NCBI GenBank assembly: GCA_002763085.1 | Contig: PFCY01000093.1 | Location: 17,697-62,087, forward strand | Origin: Candidatus Pacearchaeota archaeon CG10_big_fil_rev_8_21_14_0_10_32_14 | GTDB lineage: Archaea; Nanobdellota; Nanobdellia; Pacearchaeales; GW2011-AR1 | Direction of reading: 5' to 3' | DNA: 44,391 bases | Part shown: positions 36,733-44,066 of the stretch, piece by piece | Layout: each line of letters begins with the position of its first letter | Numbering within the stretch: position 1 is the first letter of the stretch | Program-made: the position numbers and the translations under genes | The notes under the pieces: generated by a model | What the model was told of the DNA's origin: nothing | What the model saw: the letters and a program-made list of their open reading frames with translations, nothing else | Databases searched by the model: none

Positions 36733-37874
36733 AAATTTTACTTCTTTATCCTTATCCAGTAGAACTCGACGGTCAAAGTCTGCAGGGTCATTATCTAGCC
36801 AAAGGTCTAAGAGAACTTGGAGTAGAAGTAATGGAATGTGATCGCGCAGATAATTTAGAAAAACTCCACGCATACAAGTCTTTCAAACCTGATTTTGTAA
36901 TTGGAATTGGTTATTGGGGTGACACGCCTGATGTTGTTTTATCACCTCTAAAACATGGCTTGCACGCCGTACCTTGGTTTAATGCAGATGGTTGGGTAGC
37001 AAATTATCATAACACATTTAACGAACTTCCTCTAGTTGTTACAACCTCTCGTTGGGTAAAAGAAACGTACAAACGAGACGGAATGCACGCAAATAATATC
37101 GAACCTTGCTCGATCGGATATGATCCTTCAGTATTTTTCCCTATGGAAAAAAATGATCCACGAGTATTAAAAGTCAGAGAACTTTTAGGAATACAACCCA
37201 ACGAAAAAATGATTTTCACCGCCGGTGGCGACGTAACAAGTAAAGGTGCTCAAGAAATGTTTAGAGCAATTGCAAAAATTCAAGATAAAGTTCCAAATTG
37301 GAAATACGTTCTAAAAGTAAACGAAAGTTTTTCCGCAGATAATCACGGACAAGAAGAGGAGGATTTAATAGAAAGTTTAGGTCTAGATAAAAATCGGATT
37401 ACGTACCTTCGCGGAGGATATTCTCCAGAATTTATGGGAGTTTTACTTAACGCATGTGATGTCTACGCAGCACCTTCAAGACTAGAAGGATTTGGAATGA
37501 TACAGCTCGAAGCGCAAGCCAGCGGCAAACCTGTTATATCCATAAACGTCGGAGGACCTCGAGATGTGATAATTCATGAGAAAACAGGCTTCCTTGCAGA
37601 CGTTTCTTACGAAGTAAAATTAAGTAAAGAGTGGGTTTATCCATGGATGGGCTTTGAAGAAAAACACATGGTCTCATTTCCTGATCCAAAAACATTTGCT
37701 TACAGAGCAGACGTTGATCAACTTGCAGATTTCACTTTACGACTTCTTACCGACGAAGAACTTAATAAAAAAATGAGTTTAGCCGCATCGCAGCATGCAA
37801 AAGAAAACTTTCATTACAAAGTTATAGCGCAAAGGATGCTTGATTTGATAAAGAAGAATTATAATTTAATGTAA
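36729..37874 (+). CDS. Glycosyltransferase family 4
   Basis: APSRLEGFGMIQLEAQASGKPVISINVGGPRDVIIHEKTGFL. ATGA overlap with the LmbE gene. Confidence 0.85.
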   Translation: MKILLLYPYPVELDGQSLQGHYLAKGLRELGVEVMECDRADNLEKLHAYKSFKPDFVIGIGYWGDTPDVVLSPLKHGLHAVPWFNADGWVANYHNTFNELPLVVTTSRWVKETYKRDGMHANNIEPCSIGYDPSVFFPMEKNDPRVLKVRELLGIQPNEKMIFTAGGDVTSKGAQEMFRAIAKIQDKVPNWKYVLKVNESFSADNHGQEEEDLIESLGLDKNRITYLRGGYSPEFMGVLLNACDVYAAPSRLEGFGMIQLEAQASGKPVISINVGGPRDVIIHEKTGFLADVSYEVKLSKEWVYPWMGFEEKHMVSFPDPKTFAYRADVDQLADFTLRLLTDEELNKKMSLAASQHAKENFHYKVIAQRMLDLIKKNYNLM

Positions 37875-38103
37875 ATCATCTCGTGGGGGCATTTAACTTG
37901 AAGTTAAAGAAACCTTGGAAGAATGGCGGATTTGCAGGTTTCTATCTTCAGAGGGGGATAGTTTTTGAAAAACAAAATTTGTTCTTAGAAAACAATAAAT
38001 GCAAAAAAGGTTGGACAAGGGTGACAGCTTGGACATGAGTTAGTATAACAAAGTAATACTAAATTGTCATACTCTTTATTAATCAAGCTGACTAAGAAAT
38101 TCT

Positions 38104-38610
38104 ATGGAATTTGATAAAGAAGGGAAGTTCAAAGAATTCTCAAAAATAAATGACTTATTGCTAAATGGATGTGAATTAATCCCTGAAGATAAAGGAGTTT
38201 ATATTGTAGTTAGAGAATCAAATAATAATCCTCTTTTTAATGAATCTAATCAACACTATATTAAAAAAGGAAAAAAGATTAATTTAAGTTATTCAAAAAC
38301 ACATCTTAAGGAAATTTGGAATAAATTAAACAATCACAATATAATCTATATTGGAAAAGCCAATGGAAAGGGTGGATTGAGGAAAAGGATAAAAGATTAT
38401 ATTAGGTTTGGTATGAGAACACAGGAAAAAATAGAGAAGAATGGTGTTTGTCATAGAGGTGGTAGGGCTATTTGGCAATTAGAGGATTATAGAGAACTAA
38501 AGATATACTGGAAAGAGTCAAATAACCCAAGAACAAAAGAAAAAGAATTAATAACCAACTTCAAAAAACAAAATAATGGAAACTGGCCATTTGCAAATAG
38601 GAGTGATTAA
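38104..38610 (+). CDS. GIY-YIG nuclease-domain protein
   Basis: GVYIVV (GIY), IIYIGKA (YIG), LRKRIKDY (conserved Arg), H-RGGRAIW, EKELI (Glu), PFANR (Asn), all in canonical order. Confidence 0.65.
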   Translation: MEFDKEGKFKEFSKINDLLLNGCELIPEDKGVYIVVRESNNNPLFNESNQHYIKKGKKINLSYSKTHLKEIWNKLNNHNIIYIGKANGKGGLRKRIKDYIRFGMRTQEKIEKNGVCHRGGRAIWQLEDYRELKIYWKESNNPRTKEKELITNFKKQNNGNWPFANRSD

Positions 38611-38612
38611 TA

Positions 38613-38882
38613 ATGAAAATTCATAAAGGAAGAGATTTTAAGAAAGCTGTATCAGATGCTCTGAAAAGTGGGAATTTGACTATAACTAGTTCAGATGGTG
38701 AAACCGACGAACCTGCGGTATGTGAGATTTGTGGCAAGATGATTGGAGATGTCTTGGATTCTTATGCTTATCATTGTATTAATGATGATAATTATGTTGA
38801 TGTTGAGGAAAAGTGTTTTTGTACCAGAAAGTGTTGGAATAAGTATTTGAAGAGAGAAGCAAAAGATATCGAAGCAAACTGA
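38613..38882 (+). CDS. Small zinc-ribbon-like protein, hypothetical
   Basis: 89 aa with CEIC...HC...CFCTRKC cysteine pattern. Starts 2 nt after the GIY-YIG stop. Confidence 0.45.
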   Translation: MKIHKGRDFKKAVSDALKSGNLTITSSDGETDEPAVCEICGKMIGDVLDSYAYHCINDDNYVDVEEKCFCTRKCWNKYLKREAKDIEAN

Positions 38883-38924
38883 ATATCTAATCAGTTTAGT
38901 TTAATTTATCTGAACCAAACGAAA

Positions 38925-38935
38925 CCTTTAAAAAC
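38925..38935 (+). promoter_or_regulatory. TATA box for ParB-like 1, bracketed by the inverted repeat CCAAAC/GTTTGG
   Basis: CCTTTAAAAAC, centre 25 nt upstream of ATG 38956. CCAAAC is at 38915-38920 and GTTTGG at 38939-38944. Confidence 0.45.
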
Positions 38936-38955
38936 TTTGTTTGGGTAGAATTTTG

Positions 38956-39966
38956 ATGAAAAACAACACACTTTATGATGTCGAGAAAATAGCCAATGCT
39001 GAAAGTATTGATGTAAAGCTAGAAGACATTAAATTAGATTCCTATAATGTTAGATTTCTTCATTTACCACAAAAACTTTCAGATAAGGAGATTGAAGAAA
39101 TCTTGTGGGATGAAAAGGATACAACTGAGTTATATAGACAAATCCTTTCTGCAGGGGGAGTATATGAAGAACCCGTATTAAATTCTGAGTTAATTGTAAT
39201 TGAAGGAAATAGAAGGATTGTCTGTTTAAGAAAACTAAAGCAAGAAGCCAATAAAGGGGGACTTCCGGGAATATCAAAAAATCATTTTGATAAGGTGAAG
39301 TGTAAGATACTTCCAAAAAATACTCCCCCACAGATAATTGACATATTCCTGGCCACAATTCATGTAAAAGGGAAGAAGCCCTGGAATGCATTTAATAAAG
39401 CAAAACATATTTTTAATCTGTATGATTCTGGTGGATTTAGCTATGATGATTTGTCTAAAAAATTAGGTATGGGTAAATCAACAGTTATAAGGGCTGTTGA
39501 AGTTTATGGCGCAACACAAAAGTATGGAGATAAATATAAGGCTGACAAGGAGTGGTTCAGAAAATTTACTTATTTTGATGAATTGTATAAAAGAAAAGAT
39601 TTGAAAGAATTCAGAAAGGAAGATAAAAATCTAGAAAGATTTGAAAATTGGGTTTTTCATAAAAAGTTAGATGATGTTAGGGAAGTTCGTCAATTAGCAA
39701 AGATATTGCAAGATGAAGATGCCTTTAAAGAATTTGAAAAAAATGACTTTGATGCAGCTATGAACCTCATAGGACTAAAAGATCCTTCTATAAATAGTGT
39801 AGAATTTAAAAAAATTAAAGACACAATAGATGTTCTAAGAAATTTTTCAAGAAAAGAATTATCAAAAACTGTTAAAGATGATTCAAGATTAAAGTTGCTG
39901 AATTCATTAAAAAAGGAGATTGATAGTTTAGTAAAAGATATTACATCAATGAAAAAAACATCATAG
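38956..39966 (+). CDS. ParB/Srx N-terminal-domain protein with a central HTH (ParB-like 1)
   Basis: LIVIEGNRRIVCLRKL (ParB box II arginine patch), HTH candidate SYDDLSKKLGMGKSTVIRAVEVY, K/E-rich helical tail. Start set at ATG 38956, 25 nt from the TATA centre; the track start at 38941 is TTG. Confidence 0.75.
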   Translation: MKNNTLYDVEKIANAESIDVKLEDIKLDSYNVRFLHLPQKLSDKEIEEILWDEKDTTELYRQILSAGGVYEEPVLNSELIVIEGNRRIVCLRKLKQEANKGGLPGISKNHFDKVKCKILPKNTPPQIIDIFLATIHVKGKKPWNAFNKAKHIFNLYDSGGFSYDDLSKKLGMGKSTVIRAVEVYGATQKYGDKYKADKEWFRKFTYFDELYKRKDLKEFRKEDKNLERFENWVFHKKLDDVREVRQLAKILQDEDAFKEFEKNDFDAAMNLIGLKDPSINSVEFKKIKDTIDVLRNFSRKELSKTVKDDSRLKLLNSLKKEIDSLVKDITSMKKTS

Positions 39967-39977
39967 TCAATATTGAC
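39966..39977. repeat. Perfect 12-bp palindrome GTCAATATTGAC at the stop codon of ParB-like 1
   Basis: Self-complementary by direct reading. Its first base (G, 39966) is the last base of the TAG stop (39964-39966). Confidence 0.9.
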
Positions 39978-39990
39978 ACCAGGAAAAACA

Positions 39991-40032
39991 TTAAGGGATT
40001 GCTTGTTATTACCAAGCAAGTTAGTCCCTTAA
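39991..40032. repeat. Compound inverted repeat TTAAGGGA-TTGCTTG / CAAGCAA-(gttag)-TCCCTTAA
   Basis: 7-bp inner stem and 8-bp outer stem with a 7-nt loop and a 5-nt bulge, read directly. TCCCTTA recurs at 40075. Confidence 0.85.
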
Positions 40033-40042
40033 TGCCTTTATT

Positions 40043-40067
40043 AAAAGTAATAACATTTATTACTTTT
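40043..40067. repeat. 11-bp perfect-stem hairpin AAAAGTAATAA-CAT-TTATTACTTTT (terminator and/or operator)
   Basis: Read directly. Followed by a T-run, and it overlaps the TATA-like CTTTTTAAAGTA upstream of ParB-like 2. Confidence 0.8.
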
Positions 40068-40113
40068 TAAAGTATCCCTTACCAATAGGGAAGAACTAAA
40101 AAATCAACACAAA

Positions 40114-41502
40114 ATGAAAAATGAAAAATTAAGTATAAAAAATATTAAAATAAAAGACTTGAAACTCTGGGATGAAAATCCTAGATTCCCTGAAGAATAT
40201 TTTAAAAAACCGGAGAAAGACTTAATTGGGTATCTATTCAAAAAAGAAAATTCACGAATGATTGATTTAGCAAAATCTATTTCAGAAAATTTTAATTTAA
40301 TTCCTTTGGAAAGATTGGTTGTTTGGAAATCCGGTAATGGGCTAATTGTTTTAGAGGGAAATAGGAGAATAGCCATTTATAAAATACTTAGTAACCTCTT
40401 TCTTCTTCCTGATAAAAAAAATATAAATTTCTTCAATGAAAAATCAAAACAATTAGCAATTAACGAAAACTTTGAAGTGGAATGTATAGTTGTAGATGAT
40501 AGAGAAGAGGGGCTAAAATATGTAGATTTGAAACATTTAGAAAAAGGATATAGTAATTGGCAAGAGTCTGAAAGAATAAATTTTCAGAAAAGAAGAGGGA
40601 TAAGTATGGGGGAAAAAGAACTAGTTAAACACGATATAAATAGGATTGTCAAAGGTTTAGATTTACCAGAAAAAATAATCGATAAAATATTAGGGCAAGG
40701 AAATTTAACAACATTTTACAGAATTATTGCAAGTACTCCAGCAAAAAAGTATTTTGGTTATGAAATAAAAGAAAATAACTTGATTATTGAAGATAAGGAT
40801 TTTGAATCAAAACTAAAGATTATCATCTGGCAAATAATCAACAAAAAAGATTTTAAGAATAATGTGATCAATTCTCGTTCATTGAATACCATCGAAGATA
40901 TTGAAAAGTATCTTAAGAATATAGACCTAAAAAGAGACTATTCTAAATTAAATGAAGATTTAAAAAATTCCGTTAAATCCAAAATTGATGTTTTTGGGAA
41001 AAAGACAGAAGAATTTGTTTTACCTATAGAAGACAATTTCAAAAAGAGTAAAAAGAGCCCCATATTAACAATTGAGGATAAACTCTTTGGTAAAACTCTT
41101 TGCTTAAAAAAGGGGAAGGTCAACAATCTTTATTGCGCAATGGATAAAATTTATGAACAAAATAAATATAACGAAAAAAATCTAGAGTTGGTTTTGCCGA
41201 TTCTAGGAATATCATTACGATTAATCTTAGATGTTGCAGCAAGGGAGTATTACTCTGAAGAAGAATTAAAAAAAGACAATACTCCCTATAGAACATTTTT
41301 AAAAGAAATTAAACAGAAATTCAGAGATGATGCAAAATATAAAAATCTTAGTACACTAACTTTATCTTGGGTTATTTCAGATACAAATTTTGAGAACATA
41401 ATAGATCATTATGCTCATGATAGTATAATCTATACACAGAATGATATATTGAAAATCTCAAAAATTATTGGAGAAATTTTGGAGTGTTTTTTTAAAATAT
41501 GA
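40114..41502 (+). CDS. ParB/Srx N-terminal-domain protein fused to a ~300-aa uncharacterised helical C-terminal region (ParB-like 2)
   Basis: LKLWDENPRF and LIVLEGNRRIAIYKIL are paralogous to the upstream ParB-like N-domain. The C-terminal region has no motif I can name (LRLILDVAAREYY, IIDHYAHDS). Confidence 0.7.
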   Translation: MKNEKLSIKNIKIKDLKLWDENPRFPEEYFKKPEKDLIGYLFKKENSRMIDLAKSISENFNLIPLERLVVWKSGNGLIVLEGNRRIAIYKILSNLFLLPDKKNINFFNEKSKQLAINENFEVECIVVDDREEGLKYVDLKHLEKGYSNWQESERINFQKRRGISMGEKELVKHDINRIVKGLDLPEKIIDKILGQGNLTTFYRIIASTPAKKYFGYEIKENNLIIEDKDFESKLKIIIWQIINKKDFKNNVINSRSLNTIEDIEKYLKNIDLKRDYSKLNEDLKNSVKSKIDVFGKKTEEFVLPIEDNFKKSKKSPILTIEDKLFGKTLCLKKGKVNNLYCAMDKIYEQNKYNEKNLELVLPILGISLRLILDVAAREYYSEEELKKDNTPYRTFLKEIKQKFRDDAKYKNLSTLTLSWVISDTNFENIIDHYAHDSIIYTQNDILKISKIIGEILECFFKI

Positions 41503-42356
41503 CATTTTATTCACCACTTAGGTACCCTGGAGGAAAGGCGAAGTTAGTTGGATACTTTAAAGACTTAATTACACAAAATGGAATTAAGGGTGGAACATAT
41601 GTAGAAATTTATGCTGGAGGAGCTTCTATTGCACTTTCTCTTTTAATAGAGGGATATGTTTCTAAGGTTATAATCAATGATAATGATAAATCTATTTATG
41701 CCTTATGGTATTCCATATTAAATCATCCTAGGAAACTTTGCAATTTAATCAAAAAAACTCCATTAACTATAGAAAATTGGCGAATTCAAAAAGAAATACA
41801 AAAAAATAAGGATAAACATGACTTATTGACATTAGGCTTTTCTACATTTTTTTTAAATAGAACAAATCGTTCCGGTATAATCAATGCAGGAGTTATTGGA
41901 GGATTAAATCAGGATGGAAAATGGAAAATGGATGCAAGGTTTAATAAGGAAAATTTGATCTCTAAAATTAAATTAATTGCTAAATATAAACATAAAATAA
42001 AGCTACACAATCTTGATGCAGTTAGATTAATAAGAAAAATTAAGAACCAATTACCTAAAAAAAGTTTGATATATCTTGACCCACCATATTACTACAAAGG
42101 AAAAGAATTATATATGAATTATTATGATTATGAAAGCCATAAAGAAATTTCAGAAGTTATAAAAAAAGTTACTAAAGTAAAATGGGTTATAACTTATGAT
42201 GATGTTGGAGAAATAAATCATTTGTATAAAGGATTTGATAACTATAGCTATCTTCTAAATTATAGTGCCGCTAATTCTGGAAAAGGAAAAGAAATAATAA
42301 TATTCTCTTCAGGAATGAATCATTCGTCAGAAGGATTGATTTTGACTCACTCCTAA
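41499..42356 (+). CDS. dam: Dam-type (D12 class) N6-adenine DNA methyltransferase
   Basis: SPLRYPGGKAKL N-terminal motif, FFLNRTNRSG, LIYLDPPYYY (DPPY catalytic motif). ATGA overlap with the upstream gene. Confidence 0.9.
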   Translation: MTFYSPLRYPGGKAKLVGYFKDLITQNGIKGGTYVEIYAGGASIALSLLIEGYVSKVIINDNDKSIYALWYSILNHPRKLCNLIKKTPLTIENWRIQKEIQKNKDKHDLLTLGFSTFFLNRTNRSGIINAGVIGGLNQDGKWKMDARFNKENLISKIKLIAKYKHKIKLHNLDAVRLIRKIKNQLPKKSLIYLDPPYYYKGKELYMNYYDYESHKEISEVIKKVTKVKWVITYDDVGEINHLYKGFDNYSYLLNYSAANSGKGKEIIIFSSGMNHSSEGLILTHS

Positions 42357-43000
42357 ACCTTCACACACCATTCACAACCCTTCTTAGGACAATCCCCTTC
42401 TAATAATCTCAAAGCTTTCTTCCAAGCATCCTCAGCCATTTTAATATTAACTTTCATCTTTACTAAACTTGTATCAAAAACAACCTCTCCTGTTTCTGTA
42501 ACTTCTTTAGGAACATAGAAAAGTAAGAAGAAGTAATCCTCTGTTTGATAACCATTTTTTCTTAATAAGAAATTATAAACATTTTGTTGTAATCTGTAAT
42601 GTTCTGCTGTGTCGTCTTTCAAAGCATGACCTCTGGTTTTGTAATCTAACACAACTAACTTTTTTCCATTTACTAAAATATTGTCAACTGCACCATGGAG
42701 TTCATTACCATTTTTATCTTTCCAACTAACACCTTTAAAGTTACTTTGCCAGATTTTCATCTTTTCTTTATCATTAAACAACTTCATACTTTCACAATGA
42801 GAATTATTACAAAGTTCAGGTGGAAGTAAATTTTTATCTCTGAATTTATCAAAATGTGTTTTTAGAATTCTATCCATTCCACTTGGAAGAGATGGAAATA
42901 TACCATTTGGTCTTTTCCAAACATTATGTTTATCTAACCAGAAACATCTTTCACATTCATTCATAAGATTTAGTGATGAGGGGGATAGTTTGAATGTCAT
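42353..43000 (-). CDS. Cas4/RecB-like PD-(D/E)xK nuclease with 4-Cys cluster ligands
   Basis: N-terminal CERCFW, GAVDNILV....LVVLDYKT (D...D-x-K), QQNVYNFLL (QxxxY), C-terminal CPKKGCEWC. Confidence 0.7.
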   Translation of the reverse strand: MTFKLSPSSLNLMNECERCFWLDKHNVWKRPNGIFPSLPSGMDRILKTHFDKFRDKNLLPPELCNNSHCESMKLFNDKEKMKIWQSNFKGVSWKDKNGNELHGAVDNILVNGKKLVVLDYKTRGHALKDDTAEHYRLQQNVYNFLLRKNGYQTEDYFFLLFYVPKEVTETGEVVFDTSLVKMKVNIKMAEDAWKKALRLLEGDCPKKGCEWCVKV

Positions 43001-43019
43001 TTTTTACTATAAGCAGGTA

Positions 43020-43032
43020 ACTTTAAAAATAT
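43020..43032 (+). promoter_or_regulatory. TATA box for the DUF5655-like gene
   Basis: ACTTTAAAAATAT, centre 26 nt upstream of ATG 43051. Confidence 0.45.
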
Positions 43033-43050
43033 TGGCTATATTCTATATTT

Positions 43051-44061
43051 ATGAAATCTGCAATTTACACTGAAGGGAATAAATTTGAAGAAACTATCTT
43101 TGAACTTGAAGAAGATTTAGAACTTAAAATTGTTGAAAATTCAAAATTGTTATTTGGGAAAAAAACGATTTATTTTGATATCAAAAATAAAATAGACACA
43201 AAATCGTTAGGTGCTACAATTCCTGATGGATTCTTATTTGATTTTAGAGATAAAGAAGCCCCAGAATTTTACCTTGTTGAAAATGAGTTAGCTAAACATG
43301 ATTTTTATAAGCACATTTTTCCCCAAATAACAAAATTCTTTGCTTTTTTCAAAAATCCAAAAAGTAGAGATAATCTCATTGAAAAACTTTTTTCCTTTAT
43401 TAAATCAAATGCTAAAATTGAAGAAGAATTTAAAAAATATCTTGGAAATAAAGAGATATATCGAACTCTTAAAGAAATAATTGAAAATAGCCAAAATATT
43501 TTAATAGTAATTGATGAAAATAAACCTGAATTTGATGAGGTTATGGAAACTTACACAGATACTTGGGACAAAATGGTAAGAATTGAAATTTTTAAAGAAT
43601 ACAAAGCAGGTAATAAAAGTATTTTTACCCTGAATCCAGACTTTGAAGATATAGGATTTATAGAACCTTCATATAAAGATGAAGTTGAAGAAAAATACAC
43701 TGAAAGTTTTCATTTAGATGGAACAGAAGAGAAAGTCAAGAGAATATATCAAAAAATAAAAGAAGAAATGTTAAAGATTAACTCTTCATTAATTTTTAAC
43801 CCCCAAAAATATTATATTTCAATTAGAGATAAGAAAAACTTTGCTTATTTTCATATTAAAAGAAAAAAGGTGAAGATTACATTAATGCTTCCTTACGAGA
43901 AAGGGGTAGAAAAAATAAAAAATCATCGTCTAAGAAAATATACTGAAGGTATAGAAAGATTTTATGGTGGCAACTCTTTTGAGATAACTATTGAAGAAGA
44001 AAAGAATTTGAGTGAAGTTATAGATTTAATTCTAGAATCATATCAAAAACAAAAAGATTGA
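43051..44061 (+). CDS. PD-(D/E)xK-like N-terminal domain protein with a DUF5655-like C-terminal domain
   Basis: IPDGFLFDF...EFYLVENELAKH resembles NucS/DUF91-type endonuclease cores. C-terminal KNFAYFHIKRKKVKITLMLP...FEITIEEEKNL resembles DUF5655. Confidence 0.5.
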   Translation: MKSAIYTEGNKFEETIFELEEDLELKIVENSKLLFGKKTIYFDIKNKIDTKSLGATIPDGFLFDFRDKEAPEFYLVENELAKHDFYKHIFPQITKFFAFFKNPKSRDNLIEKLFSFIKSNAKIEEEFKKYLGNKEIYRTLKEIIENSQNILIVIDENKPEFDEVMETYTDTWDKMVRIEIFKEYKAGNKSIFTLNPDFEDIGFIEPSYKDEVEEKYTESFHLDGTEEKVKRIYQKIKEEMLKINSSLIFNPQKYYISIRDKKNFAYFHIKRKKVKITLMLPYEKGVEKIKNHRLRKYTEGIERFYGGNSFEITIEEEKNLSEVIDLILESYQKQKD

Positions 44062-44066
44062 TAAAG

